NCBI GenBank assembly: GCA_031549665.1
Contig: JAVBPJ010000010.1
Location: forward strand, 5,671 to 69,670
Length of the DNA stretch: 64,000 nt
Reading direction: 5' to 3'
From: Rikenellaceae bacterium
Lineage (GTDB): Bacteria; Bacteroidota; Bacteroidia; Bacteroidales; Rikenellaceae
Below the pieces are notes generated by a model. That model was not told the DNA's origin. It did not search any database and worked only from the letters and a program-made list of their open reading frames with translations. Shown one piece after another: positions 19,172-29,427 of the stretch (within the stretch, counting starts at the first letter, position 1; the number at the start of each line of letters is the position of its first letter). A program made the translations under genes and the position numbers.

Positions 19172-19997
19172 CGTAGAGTTGATTTAGGGGGATAAATCCG
19201 GTCAAGGCCCGGTAGTAGCGTTTGCGGGCCTGCTTGACGGGCCACACGCGGGTGAGCTGGAAGTTTTTCACCAGACTGGTGTCGGGAATCGTTTCGGCTC
19301 CATAGGAGGATTCGACCATCGTGAATTCGAACCGGTTTACCGATCCGTAAGAAATGACCTCTTCGCGGAAATGGGCCACGGGGTCGGTGGACTGGAGCCA
19401 GAGGCTCCCCTGCCGGCGAAGCTCGCCGCCGGGCTTGTAGAAATGGTATTCGAGGGTCTTGGAATAGGGACGTGCGTGCGGGCCGGTCGAGTAGTCGAAT
19501 TCGATGCGGTAGGTAGCGTCGGGGTAGTAGTGTTCCGGCGCGGCCTTGAGCTCGAACCGGAATTTTTTGAGCTCTCCGACCATCACGGTATCGTCCCGCA
19601 GCAGGGTGTCGGCCGTGGCCACCTGGGCCAGGGTGTCGATGCGGAGCTGCACGCGGTAGCGGGCCTGCGCCTGCTCGTTCAACAGGCGGATGTCGTTGGC
19701 CACGTTCACCAGCAGGTTGCCTATCGGGTTGCTTTTTCGCACCGCGAGTTTGCGCACCGAATAGCGCAGGTCGTCCATCGTGTAGCCGTACTTGTGGAGC
19801 AGGGCCGAGTAGGTGTCGAGCGAATCGAGGTGGACGAATTTCTGGTCGCCCAGCTGCGCCAGCACCGCCTGGTTGATCAGGCTCTCCCGGAAGATGGCCT
19901 GCATGGTCTGCTCGGGGATCATCTTCGGCCCGCAGGAGCAGAGGACGGCCATGGCCGCAAGGCTGGCTGCAAACAGTCGGGCAAGGGAGCGTTTCAT
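19107..19997 (-). CDS. Lipoprotein, DUF4296-like
   Basis: Lipobox LCSC; KYGYTMDDLRYS segment resembles DUF4296. Confidence 0.6.
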   Translation of the reverse strand: MKRSLARLFAASLAAMAVLCSCGPKMIPEQTMQAIFRESLINQAVLAQLGDQKFVHLDSLDTYSALLHKYGYTMDDLRYSVRKLAVRKSNPIGNLLVNVANDIRLLNEQAQARYRVQLRIDTLAQVATADTLLRDDTVMVGELKKFRFELKAAPEHYYPDATYRIEFDYSTGPHARPYSKTLEYHFYKPGGELRRQGSLWLQSTDPVAHFREEVISYGSVNRFEFTMVESSYGAETIPDTSLVKNFQLTRVWPVKQARKRYYRALTGFIPLNQLYDERYAPKDSTALRPLPPRWER

Positions 19998-21211
19998 GCG
20001 GGTTGGTTCGATGTTCGTTTAAGTACCACGGCGGCGGTCAGGGCGCTCACGGCAACTCCCAGCAAAAGTACGAAAAGTGTGATCCGCAACAAATCGCCCG
20101 CCATAATTTCCACGGGGTAACTCTCGATCAGGAACGAATCGCCGGAGAGTCGGATGAATCCCCAGTGCTGTTGCGCAAGGGCGAATCCGACCCCGAGCAG
20201 CAGGCCTGCCGCCACGCCGGTCAGGGTAATCAGGCTCCCCTCCCAAACGAAGATCAGGCGCTCTTTGCCCCGACCGAGCCCCATGGCCCGAAGCGCCAGG
20301 CGGTCGCGTTGCTTGTCGGTGGCGAGCATCACCACCGATCCGGCCAGACTCAGCGCGGTGATCAGCACCACAAAGAGCAGCAGGGCGAAGATGAGCCATT
20401 TTTCCTGCTGGATCATGGCGTAGAGGGAGCTTTTTTGTTCCCAGCGGGTGCGGGTTTCCAGTTCGGGGGGAAGTACCGGGGCGATGGCGGCGGCTCCCTG
20501 CTCCATCGAAACGCCCTCGTTCAACCGGACGGCCAGCGAGGTGCGGCTTCCCGGACTCTCCAGCAGCCTTTCGGCAAATTCGATCGGGACGAAAAGGTAT
20601 CGGTTGTCGGTTTGCTGGTCGAGGGCGTAGATGCCTGCCGGCACAAGGGTTCCGCTTTGGAACAGCGTGGTGGGCAACCAGCTCGCTCCGCGCCCCGGAC
20701 GGATGGCGTACACCTCCAGGGGTTGGTACAGGGCCAGGTTCAGTCCCAAGGTGTAGGCGGTTCCCTGCCCCACGACGGCACGCTCCAGATCGCCCAGCCG
20801 GGGGGTGTAGCTCCCCTGAATCATCCGGCTTTCGATGGGGATGACGGTTTTGTACAGGGTGTCCACTCCGCGCAGGGTGCCGATCCATTGCCGGTCCTGG
20901 TAGCGGACCAACACGTTCTCTTCCAGGGTGGCGCTCAGGGCGGCCACCTGGGGCAGGGCTTCGATCTGCCGGCAGAGCGAGTCGGAGGGATGGAAACGCC
21001 CTCCGTCGCGGGCGGTGATGCTCACCTGCGGATCGAATTCGCTGTAAAGTTGCTCGATAAAGCGACTCAACCCGTTGTGGAACGAAAGGATCACCACCAT
21101 CGCCATCACCGGAACGGCAATGGCCGCGGCGCTCACTCCGCACAACAGGTTGATGACGGTGTGCGATTTGCGGCTCAGCAGGTGGCGGCGTGCGATCAGC
21201 AGCGGGAGCAT
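19994..21211 (-). CDS. LolC/E (FtsX-like) ABC permease
   Basis: ARRHLLSRK, LSFHNG, LRAMG, YPVEI; N-terminal TM, periplasmic domain, three C-terminal TMs. Confidence 0.85.
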   Translation of the reverse strand: MLPLLIARRHLLSRKSHTVINLLCGVSAAAIAVPVMAMVVILSFHNGLSRFIEQLYSEFDPQVSITARDGGRFHPSDSLCRQIEALPQVAALSATLEENVLVRYQDRQWIGTLRGVDTLYKTVIPIESRMIQGSYTPRLGDLERAVVGQGTAYTLGLNLALYQPLEVYAIRPGRGASWLPTTLFQSGTLVPAGIYALDQQTDNRYLFVPIEFAERLLESPGSRTSLAVRLNEGVSMEQGAAAIAPVLPPELETRTRWEQKSSLYAMIQQEKWLIFALLLFVVLITALSLAGSVVMLATDKQRDRLALRAMGLGRGKERLIFVWEGSLITLTGVAAGLLLGVGFALAQQHWGFIRLSGDSFLIESYPVEIMAGDLLRITLFVLLLGVAVSALTAAVVLKRTSNQPA

Positions 21212-21215
21212 CCGG

Positions 21216-21566
21216 CTACTTTTTCAACAGTTGGTCGATGTGGTCGACGTATTCGAGCGAATCGTCGGCGGCGAAGGCGATTTCGGGAACGGTGCGCAGT
21301 TGGTTCTTCACGCGGCGGCCCAATTGTCCGCGCAGCATCGAGCTGTGTTCTTTGAGGCGGGCGACCACTTCGGCGCTTTTGTCGAAGGGAAAAACGCTCA
21401 GGAAAATTTTGGCCAGCGACAGGTCGGGACTCATCCGCACCTGGGTTACGGACACCATCACTCCCTGCACCAGGTGGCGTCCCTCTTTGAGCAGGATGTC
21501 GCTGATGTCTTTTTGGATCTGTTTCCCCACTTTTTGTTGGCGGGTCGAGGCGTCTGGCAGGTTCAT
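21216..21566 (-). CDS. rbfA: Ribosome-binding factor A
   Basis: RQQKVGKQIQKDIS, VRMSPDLSLAKIFLS, LRTVPEI. Confidence 0.95.
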   Translation of the reverse strand: MNLPDASTRQQKVGKQIQKDISDILLKEGRHLVQGVMVSVTQVRMSPDLSLAKIFLSVFPFDKSAEVVARLKEHSSMLRGQLGRRVKNQLRTVPEIAFAADDSLEYVDHIDQLLKK

Positions 21567-22324
21567 GGCGTAGCGGGATTTTTCTCTTTGCGCGGGATGC
21601 GGTAATTCAACCCGAAGGTAACCCCCATCTGGTCGACGGGCGAACGGAACGGATTGGTGGCGTATTTGACGGTTCCCTTATAGGTGTCGGACAGGGAGAT
21701 GTTGTAGCGGTACTCCAGCGACAGGGAGAATGAGCGGACGCCGACCAGGAAGCCGGCCCCGAAGGTCAGGCCGTACTCCCACCGGTTGTCGCGCGTGGGG
21801 TCGTAGTGGTAGGGGCCTTCGGCATAGGTCTCTCCGGTTTGGGTGTTGTATTCGCGGTAGCTCGAACGGAGCGCGTAGCCCACGCTGGGTCCGGCGCTCA
21901 GGTAAAAACGGCTTCCTTTTTTGCCCAGCGGCAGGTAGGGTTGCCAAAGGATCGGGATCGAGATCACGTCGTAACGCCGACTGCGAACATCCTCCGAATC
22001 GTAGTGGGTGTGTACGATGTATCCTTTTTGCATGTAGTTGATGCCGAACTCGATGGTACCGACGTATTTTTGGGACGGCACGTCGAACCGGTAAAGAATG
22101 CCTCCTTCGAACAGTCCGGTCAGGTAGTCGGTTTGCCGGGCGGGCTCGAAACGGGCGGTGCTGATGCCTACTCCGCCGCGCACGCCGATGTGGTGTTCCA
22201 CGCGTACCGGAGCCCACGCCGCGCTGAGGGTTTGCGAGGGAGCCTTCACTTTTTCGGATTGTTGCCCCCACACGGCCGGAGTGCCCAGGGCGAGCAGCAG
22301 GAGCAGGATGCGCAGGATTCTCAT
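21563..22324 (-). CDS. Outer-membrane beta-barrel protein (PorT/OMP_b-brl type)
   Basis: Signal peptide, alternating beta strands, YMQKG, AGPSVGY, EYRYNISLSD. Confidence 0.75.
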   Translation of the reverse strand: MRILRILLLLLALGTPAVWGQQSEKVKAPSQTLSAAWAPVRVEHHIGVRGGVGISTARFEPARQTDYLTGLFEGGILYRFDVPSQKYVGTIEFGINYMQKGYIVHTHYDSEDVRSRRYDVISIPILWQPYLPLGKKGSRFYLSAGPSVGYALRSSYREYNTQTGETYAEGPYHYDPTRDNRWEYGLTFGAGFLVGVRSFSLSLEYRYNISLSDTYKGTVKYATNPFRSPVDQMGVTFGLNYRIPRKEKNPATP

Positions 22325-24309
22325 GGCTGGTCGAATAGTTTACGTAGGTCGAGGGGGACTTCGACGATCCAGTTTTCTTTCGAGACCACCTGGCCGCTGC
22401 CCTCGTCCCACACACGCACCCGTTCTGCGGGCTGTCGTTTGACCAGCGATCCGCTGTCCCATTGCCCGTTCCCGTTCCGGTCTTCCACCACGCGCAGGCG
22501 GTAATTGCCGGGGGTCAGGTAGCGTACCGTGCGGCGCTCTCCGTTGCGGAGACCCCGCACGGTGAGGACTACCCCTCCGCCGGAGTATCGTCCGCTGATC
22601 AGCTCCACCAGGTAGGTGGTGGTGCTGTCGCCTCCGGTGGGTAGCAACACCAGCGTTCCGAATTTGTCGGGATCGGCGATCAGGAAGGTGGATTTGAGCG
22701 TGTCGTTGGCCAGGTAGTCGACGTCGGTGAACACGCTGTCGGGGATCAACAGGCGGTACTCTTCGCCCAGTTTCCAGTCGGCTTCGATCCGCACCCAACG
22801 GGGGGCGGCCGACGAGTCGACCCGCAAGCGGTGGGGGATGGGGCGTTCGATTTTGGGGGCCTGCGAACCGTCGGCAAGGATCTCCACACGCGGCGCGACC
22901 AGTTGGAAAAGCCGGATGCGCGCGCTGTCGATCGACAGCAACGGGCTGCCGAACCGCAGGGCGATGTGCTGCTCGGGATTGAGCGGGTTGCTTGCCTGCA
23001 CCTGGTATTTAAAAGGATTCACCTTGGGCGGAACCTTGCGAACGGGTGGAGGGGGCTTGCTGGCATTTTGCAGCGAATCGGTCCGCGAGGCAGCGGCGGC
23101 GGCCGCGGGTTGGCGGCGGCGTTTTTTACGCGCTTTTTTCTCTTTCTTGGGCTTGGATGCCTTGGTTACCCGTTCCTTCTCGGGTTTTTCTTTCGAGGCG
23201 AGGCGGTGAACCAGGGTGAGCTTTTCGGTTTTCGAGAAGGGATTCCACACGCTGTCCTGGCTGGTGTAGACGATCTCGCCGCGGAGCGTGTCGGGCAGGG
23301 CGCGGTAGGCCTCAATCGAGGGGGTTGCAATCCAGTAGTGGATGGTGTCGCCCCGTACTCCCCGCTCCTGTTTCAGCCACGCGGTGTCGATCCCTTCGAG
23401 GGAAAATCGCTCGACGTGGGCCTGCGGGGCGTTAAAAACCAGTTGGATGTGGGCGTGTTCGGGCCGTTTGCTTTCGAGGATGGTTTGCCGTTTGGCAGCC
23501 TCTTCCTGAAACAGGTTGAAAGTTACCTGCGGCGGATCGAGGTGGCGGCGCGGGCCGGTACGGCCCGTCGAGGGGCTGACCCATATGTCGAAGTCGGGCA
23601 GCAGCGCGGGGTTGGGCGCTCCGGGAAGAAGACCCACCTTGTCGGTACCCGGGTCGTATTTCTGGTTCCCGTTTTTGTCTTCAACGGCGTAGATGCGGTA
23701 GGGCTTGCTTTTCAGGGCGTCGGCCACGAACGTGCCGGAGCTGTCGCTGCGGAAAATCATCTCGGGGCGGGCTTTCAGCAGGGTCGAATCGAACGAGGGG
23801 ATCGAATCGGCGGCTGCATCGAAGAAAAAGAGCAGCGTGCCGGGAATGGTGTCGCGGGTGCGCGCATCCAGTACCAGCCCCCCCATGACCATCGAATCGA
23901 TGGACGGGCCGGTTGAAAACACATAGGCGTAGCCGCCCAGGCGGTTCCCTTCGTTGTTGTCGGCGATGGCGTTGCCGAAGTCGAGCCGGTAGGTGGTGTT
24001 GTCGTCGAGCTTTTCGGGCAGATCGACCTGGATCGAGCGTCCCTTGAGGAGCAGCATCGGGGGCTTGTCGGCCGGAGGCGAGAGCAGCACCTCTTGCGAG
24101 GGATCGCGCAGGGAGACGTACTCGTTGAAGGTAAGCAGAACCCGTTTGGCGCGGAAATTCGTGCTTTGCGGCGGCGGGGTGGTTCCCAGCAGGATCGGGG
24201 GCAGGGAATCTCTCGGCCCTCCCTGCGGTTGCGCAATGGTGGCGCACCCCATCATCGTCCCGAGGGCGAGCAGGGAGAGCAGGAGTACGGCGAAAAGATT
24301 TTTTTGCAT
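22321..24309 (-). CDS. Ig-like (Big_5) domain lipoprotein
   Basis: GC lipoprotein signal then PQGGPRDSLPP, NTTYRLDFG, DNNEGN, YVFSTG, DRNGNGQWDSG; start MQKNLF at 24309. Confidence 0.82.
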   Translation of the reverse strand: MQKNLFAVLLLSLLALGTMMGCATIAQPQGGPRDSLPPILLGTTPPPQSTNFRAKRVLLTFNEYVSLRDPSQEVLLSPPADKPPMLLLKGRSIQVDLPEKLDDNTTYRLDFGNAIADNNEGNRLGGYAYVFSTGPSIDSMVMGGLVLDARTRDTIPGTLLFFFDAAADSIPSFDSTLLKARPEMIFRSDSSGTFVADALKSKPYRIYAVEDKNGNQKYDPGTDKVGLLPGAPNPALLPDFDIWVSPSTGRTGPRRHLDPPQVTFNLFQEEAAKRQTILESKRPEHAHIQLVFNAPQAHVERFSLEGIDTAWLKQERGVRGDTIHYWIATPSIEAYRALPDTLRGEIVYTSQDSVWNPFSKTEKLTLVHRLASKEKPEKERVTKASKPKKEKKARKKRRRQPAAAAAASRTDSLQNASKPPPPVRKVPPKVNPFKYQVQASNPLNPEQHIALRFGSPLLSIDSARIRLFQLVAPRVEILADGSQAPKIERPIPHRLRVDSSAAPRWVRIEADWKLGEEYRLLIPDSVFTDVDYLANDTLKSTFLIADPDKFGTLVLLPTGGDSTTTYLVELISGRYSGGGVVLTVRGLRNGERRTVRYLTPGNYRLRVVEDRNGNGQWDSGSLVKRQPAERVRVWDEGSGQVVSKENWIVEVPLDLRKLFDQP

Positions 24310-24352
24310 GGCAACCCCAATCGGTTCAATCGACAAATGTAAGCAAAAAAAG

Positions 24353-24360
24353 TATCTTTG
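24353..24360 (+). promoter_or_regulatory. Bacteroidota -7 promoter element of rnhA
   Basis: TATCTTTG matches TAnnTTTG, 5 nt before the ATG. Confidence 0.7.
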
Positions 24361-24365
24361 CAGGA

Positions 24366-24845
24366 ATGACTCCCCCGATCACCATCTACACCGACGGCTC
24401 GTCGCTGGGCAATCCCGGCCCGGGCGGTTTTGGGGTGGTGTTGCTCTGCGGTCCCCACCGGCGCGAGATTTCGCAGGGGTACCGCCTCACCACCAACAAC
24501 CGCATGGAGCTGCTGGCGGTGATCGTGGCCCTGGAAACCATCAAGGGGCAGGGACACGACGTAACCATCTATTCCGACTCGCGCTACGTGGTCGACGCCG
24601 TCGAAAAGCGCTGGGTGTACGGGTGGGTGCAAAAGGGGTTCAAAGACAAGAAAAACCCCGACCTCTGGCTCCGTTTCCTGAAGGTGTACCCCCGCCACCG
24701 CGTCCGGTTCGTGTGGGTGAAGGGGCATAACGACAATCCGGGCAACGAACGGTGCGACCAGTTGGCCACCACCGCCGCCCGTACCGGGCCGCTGCTCGAA
24801 GATCTCGGCTACCAACCCGAATCGCCACAAACAACGCTGCTCTGA
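24366..24845 (+). CDS. rnhA: Ribonuclease HI
   Basis: IYTDGS, GNPGPGG, TTNNRMEL, SDSRYV, WVKGH, NERCD. Confidence 0.95.
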   Translation: MTPPITIYTDGSSLGNPGPGGFGVVLLCGPHRREISQGYRLTTNNRMELLAVIVALETIKGQGHDVTIYSDSRYVVDAVEKRWVYGWVQKGFKDKKNPDLWLRFLKVYPRHRVRFVWVKGHNDNPGNERCDQLATTAARTGPLLEDLGYQPESPQTTLL

Positions 24846-24874
24846 CAATTCGATTCACACCCTAAAAATTTCCG

Positions 24875-27184
24875 ATGAAAAAGATCCTGCTCTCCCTCGC
24901 CCTGTTGTTGTCAGCCGCCTTGGCGGCGGCCAAATCCGTTCCCGCTCCGGTGGTTTCGCTCGTTCCGCAACCGCAATCCCTGTCGGTGGACGGGGGCGTG
25001 CTGAAAATGCCAAAGACCCTTACCCTCTCGGTGGTCGGTGTTTCGGTTGTTCCCGCCGCACAGCAGGTGGCCGACTACGTGGCGTTGGAATTGGGTAGAC
25101 ACAGCGCCCTTCCGGTGCGGCAACTCCGCGCGGGGAAATCCGCTTTCGTCACCCTGCGGATAGATATGGAATCGGACAATAAAGAGGCCTACACGCTGAC
25201 CATCGACAAACGCGGCGTGGTGCTCAGCGGCGCTTCGATCCGCGGCCTGCAAAAGGGAAGCGCCTCGCTCGCGCAACTGCTCGAGGCGAATGCCGCAACG
25301 GGAGCGCTGCCCTGCCTGACAATCGAAGACGCCCCCCGTTTCCCCTGGCGGGGCATGCACATGGATGTGAGCCGCCATTTTTGGACGATCGAGCAGGTCA
25401 AACAGTACCTCGACTGGATGGCCTACTACAAATTCAACAAATTCCACTGGCACCTGACCGACGACCAGGGTTGGCGCATCGAAATCAAGCAGTATCCCGA
25501 ACTGACCCGCCAGGGAGCATGGCGCAAATTCAACGATCAGGATCGGGCCTGCATCCAGGCCGCCAAGCGCGACGATAATCCCGATTTTCTGATCCCGGCC
25601 GAACGCCTGAGGGTCGAAGCCGGCGACACCCTCTACGGGGGATTCTACACGCAGGATCAGATCCGCGAGGTGGTGGCCTATGCGGCCGAGCGGGGGATCG
25701 ACGTGCTGCCCGAAATCGATATGCCGGGCCACCTTACCGGAGCCATTCTGGGCTACCCGTGGATCACCTGTTTCGGCAAACCGAGCTGGGGCGAAACTTT
25801 TTCGGCGCCGCTCTGTCCGGGCAAAGATTCGGCCATGGTGTTCGTTCAAAACATCTGGAAAGAGGTGATCGACCTCTTTCCGTACGAATACGTCCACCTG
25901 GGCGCCGACGAGGTGGAAAAGCATAACTGGAAGAAGTGTCCCGCCTGCCAGGCGCGGATGAAAGCCCAGGGCTTGAAAGATGAGAAAGAGTTGCAGGCGT
26001 GGTTCGTGAAGCAGATGGAGGGATTCTTCATCCAAAACGGCCGCAAGATGATCGGCTGGGATGAAATTGTCGAGGGAGGCGGACTCACCGAAACCGGCAC
26101 CATCATGTGGTGGCGCGACTGGGCCCCCACGGCCCTGACCGAGGCCACGGCCCGGGGCAACAAGGCGATCCTCACGCCCGATTTCCTGTGCTACCTCGAT
26201 TTTGTGGAGATGGGCATCGACCTGGAACGGGTCTACCGCATGGAGCCGCGCACCTACATTCCGTCGTGGAACTTGACCGACCAACAGTTCGAATCGATCC
26301 TCGGCGTGCAGGGAAACGTGTGGGCCGAGTACATTCCCAGCATCCGCAAACTTTACTACCAGGTGATGCCCCGGATGATCGCCCTGAGCGAAGTGGCCTG
26401 GAGCCAGCCCGAACGGAAGGACTGGGAGGGGTTCAAACCCCGCGCCGCACTTAAAATCGGAGAACTGGACCGTGCCGGCTTCAACTACCGCATCCCCGAT
26501 TTCGTCGGTTTCCGCGACCTGAACGTCTTTGTTGACACAGCGGTTTTTGCGCCGACGTGCAACCTGCCGCTCCCCGGCATCACCCTGCGCTACACCACCG
26601 ACGGGTCGTTCCCGCAGCCCGATTCGAAAGCCTACACAGGGCCGATGACCCTCACCGAGTCGGTGGACTTCACCCTGCGGGGCTTCCGTCCCGACGGTAC
26701 GGCGGGCCACATCCAAAAAACGTCGTTCCGCAAGGAATCCTACGCTCCCGGACAGGCCGTCGCTCCCGATTCGACGGGACTTCGCCTGACCCGCTACCAG
26801 TATCGCGGCCGGAATTGCGCCGACATCCAGACCAAAGGCCGGCTGATGGAACGTTCCGTCGTGTCGGAGGTAGCCATTCCGAAAGGCGCGCGCGGCTGGC
26901 TGGGGCTGATCTTCGAGGGGTACGTCGAGGTGCCCGCCGACGGAATCTACACCTTTGGCCTGAGCTCGAACGACGGTTCGCGGATGCTGGTCGACGACAC
27001 CCTGCTGGTCGACAACGACGGCCCCCACGGCGACAAGGAGGTGATCTCGCAACGCGCCCTGGGCAAGGGGTGGCACAAGGTGCGCATCGAATTTTTCGAC
27101 ATGAACAACGGCGGCAGCCTCGGCCTGCGCATGGCCGCTCCGGCCGATGCCGATCTGAAACCGCTTGCCGGATTTAAATTCTAA
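24875..27184 (+). CDS. GH20 beta-N-acetylhexosaminidase with C-terminal Fn3-associated and PA14 domains
   Basis: DAPRFPWRGMHMDVSRHF, HWHLTDDQGWR, PEIDMPGH, HLGADE catalytic pair, SNDGSRM/DNDG PA14 motifs. Confidence 0.93.
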   Translation: MKKILLSLALLLSAALAAAKSVPAPVVSLVPQPQSLSVDGGVLKMPKTLTLSVVGVSVVPAAQQVADYVALELGRHSALPVRQLRAGKSAFVTLRIDMESDNKEAYTLTIDKRGVVLSGASIRGLQKGSASLAQLLEANAATGALPCLTIEDAPRFPWRGMHMDVSRHFWTIEQVKQYLDWMAYYKFNKFHWHLTDDQGWRIEIKQYPELTRQGAWRKFNDQDRACIQAAKRDDNPDFLIPAERLRVEAGDTLYGGFYTQDQIREVVAYAAERGIDVLPEIDMPGHLTGAILGYPWITCFGKPSWGETFSAPLCPGKDSAMVFVQNIWKEVIDLFPYEYVHLGADEVEKHNWKKCPACQARMKAQGLKDEKELQAWFVKQMEGFFIQNGRKMIGWDEIVEGGGLTETGTIMWWRDWAPTALTEATARGNKAILTPDFLCYLDFVEMGIDLERVYRMEPRTYIPSWNLTDQQFESILGVQGNVWAEYIPSIRKLYYQVMPRMIALSEVAWSQPERKDWEGFKPRAALKIGELDRAGFNYRIPDFVGFRDLNVFVDTAVFAPTCNLPLPGITLRYTTDGSFPQPDSKAYTGPMTLTESVDFTLRGFRPDGTAGHIQKTSFRKESYAPGQAVAPDSTGLRLTRYQYRGRNCADIQTKGRLMERSVVSEVAIPKGARGWLGLIFEGYVEVPADGIYTFGLSSNDGSRMLVDDTLLVDNDGPHGDKEVISQRALGKGWHKVRIEFFDMNNGGSLGLRMAAPADADLKPLAGFKF

Positions 27185-27195
27185 CCCCCGTGTCT

Positions 27196-27645
27196 ATGAA
27201 TCCCCAACAAGAGAAACAGCGCAAGCTCGACAGCCGCTACATCCGCATGGCCCGCATTTGGGGCGAAAACTCCTATTGCGTCCGCCGCAAGGTGGGGGCG
27301 CTGATCGTGCGCGACAAGATGATCATTTCGGACGGCTACAACGGTACTCCGCAAGGGTTTGAGAACGTCTGCGAATGGGAGTCGGGCGAGTTGCAGGGGC
27401 GCACCAAGCCCTACGTGCTGCACGCCGAAGCCAACGCCATCACCAAAGTGGCCAAGTCGAACAACAGCAGCGAGGGGGCGACCCTGTACGTTACCTCGTC
27501 GCCCTGCATCGAGTGCGCCAAGCTGATCATTCAGGCCGGTATCCGGCGGGTGGTGTTTTGCGACCATTACCACTCGGAAGCCGGAGTAGAGCTGCTCCGC
27601 CGCGCGGGGATCGACGCGGTGCAGGTGGAAGAGGAGTGCGACTAA
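27196..27645 (+). CDS. dCMP deaminase family protein
   Basis: GYNG, HAEANAI, PCIEC zinc motifs. Confidence 0.92.
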   Translation: MNPQQEKQRKLDSRYIRMARIWGENSYCVRRKVGALIVRDKMIISDGYNGTPQGFENVCEWESGELQGRTKPYVLHAEANAITKVAKSNNSSEGATLYVTSSPCIECAKLIIQAGIRRVVFCDHYHSEAGVELLRRAGIDAVQVEEECD

Positions 27646-27680
27646 GCAGCCGCCTGTAAAACGGCAGGCCCTAATCAGAG

Positions 27681-27711
27681 AGAGGCCCGAAGCATTGCGC
27701 TTCGGGCCTCT
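27681..27711. terminator. Bidirectional terminator between convergent genes
   Basis: AGAGGCCCGAAGC-ATTGC-GCTTCGGGCCTCT 13-bp stem. Confidence 0.75.
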
Positions 27712-27776
27712 TTGCGTTGGTTTGCGGGGTTCGTGCCGGTTCTCGTGCGGGGCTTTCTGCCTCCCGAGGGAGCACC

Positions 27777-29393
27777 TTAGTGGGCGAAGTCGGCGAAAAA
27801 GTCGTTCCCCTTGTCGTCCACGATGATGAAAGCGGGGAAATTTTCGACGTAAATCTTGCGCACGGCCTCCATGCCCAGTTCGGGAAAGTCGACCACTTCG
27901 ACCGACTTGATGCTATCCTTGGCCAGAATGGCCGCCGGGCCGCCGATCGACCCGAGGTAGAAACCGCCGTATTTCTTGCAGGCGTCGGTTACGCTTTGGG
28001 TACGGTTCCCTTTGGCCACCATCACCAGCGATCCGCCGAGGCTTTGGAACAGCCCCACGTAGGAATCCATCCGTCCTGCGGTGGTGGGGCCGAAACTGCC
28101 CGAGGCCATGCCCTGCGGCGTTTTTGCCGGGCCGGCGTAGTAGATGGGGTGGTTTTTGAAGTAGTCGGGCAGCGGTTTGCCTTCGTCGACCAGCTTTTTG
28201 AGCTGAGCGTGGGCGATGTCGCGCGCCACGATCAGCGTTCCTTTCAGGTTGAGCCGCGTGTTGATGGGGTATTGGGCCAGCTTGGCGCGCACGGCGTCGA
28301 TCCCTTCGTCGAGGTCGATCTCCACGGCCGGGGCCATTCCCGGAGCCGTTGCGGGCAGGTATTTGGCAGGCTCTTTTTCGAGCTGTTCCAGGAAAATCCC
28401 CTCGGGGGTGATCTTGGCCTTGATGTTGCGGTCGGCCGAGCAACTCACACCGATCCCCACGGGACAACTGGCCGCGTGGCGGGGCAGGCGGATCACGCGC
28501 ACGTCGTGAACCAGGTATTTGCCGCCGAACTGTGCGCCCACACCGCTTTGCTGGCAAATGGTGCGGATTTTCTCTTCCCACGCCAGGTCGCGGAAGGCGC
28601 GTCCTCCCTCGTTGCCGCTGGTGGGCAGCGAATCGTAGTAGTGGGCCGAGGCTTTCTTCACGGTGGCCAGGTTGGTTTCGGCCGAGGTGCCGCCGATCAC
28701 CACCGCCAGGTGGTAGGGCGGGCAGGCCGAGGTGCCGAGGTCTTTGATCTTCTCCTGGATGAATCGGGTCAGCCCCTCGTCGGTCAGCAGCGCCTTGGTC
28801 TGTTGGTACAGGAAGGTTTTGTTGGCCGAGCCGCCGCCCTTGGTCAGGAACAGGAATTCGTAGTGGTTGCCCTGCGTGGCGTACAGGTCGATTTGGGCGG
28901 GCAGGTTGGTGCCGCTGTTCTTCTCCTCGGTCATGGTGAAGGGAACCACCTGCGAGTAGCGCAGGTTTTTATCGCGGTAGGTGGTGAAGATGCCCTTGCT
29001 CAGCCACTCGGCGTCGTTGGCTCCGGTATAGACGTTCTCGCCCTTTTTTCCGATGACGATGGCCGTGCCGGTATCCTGACAGGTGGGCAATTCGCCCTGC
29101 GCCGAAACCACTTGGTTGAGCAGCATGGTGTGGGCCACGAAACGGTCGTTGTCGCTGGCTTCGGGATCTAAAAGAATGGCTTCCAGTTGCTTGAGATGAT
29201 CGCCCCGCAGGTAGAACGAAACGTCGTGGATGGCCTCTTTGGCCAACAGTTCCAGCCCCTCGGGGGCCACTTTGAGGATTTGCCGGCCGTCGCACTCCAC
29301 CACGCTGACGTGGTCGCGGGTGAGCAGGCGGTAGGTGGTCCCGTGGTCGCAGTGGTCGATCGGGAAAGGCTCCTGGTAGGTAAATTCGGGCAT
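27777..29393 (-). CDS. fumA: Class I (Fe-S) fumarate hydratase
   Basis: [33 protein letters not shown]; start MPEFTYQ at 29393. Confidence 0.93.
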   Translation of the reverse strand: MPEFTYQEPFPIDHCDHGTTYRLLTRDHVSVVECDGRQILKVAPEGLELLAKEAIHDVSFYLRGDHLKQLEAILLDPEASDNDRFVAHTMLLNQVVSAQGELPTCQDTGTAIVIGKKGENVYTGANDAEWLSKGIFTTYRDKNLRYSQVVPFTMTEEKNSGTNLPAQIDLYATQGNHYEFLFLTKGGGSANKTFLYQQTKALLTDEGLTRFIQEKIKDLGTSACPPYHLAVVIGGTSAETNLATVKKASAHYYDSLPTSGNEGGRAFRDLAWEEKIRTICQQSGVGAQFGGKYLVHDVRVIRLPRHAASCPVGIGVSCSADRNIKAKITPEGIFLEQLEKEPAKYLPATAPGMAPAVEIDLDEGIDAVRAKLAQYPINTRLNLKGTLIVARDIAHAQLKKLVDEGKPLPDYFKNHPIYYAGPAKTPQGMASGSFGPTTAGRMDSYVGLFQSLGGSLVMVAKGNRTQSVTDACKKYGGFYLGSIGGPAAILAKDSIKSVEVVDFPELGMEAVRKIYVENFPAFIIVDDKGNDFFADFAH

Positions 29394-29427
29394 AACGGTG
29401 TGGGGATTTAAGCGGGGCAAAGGTAGT

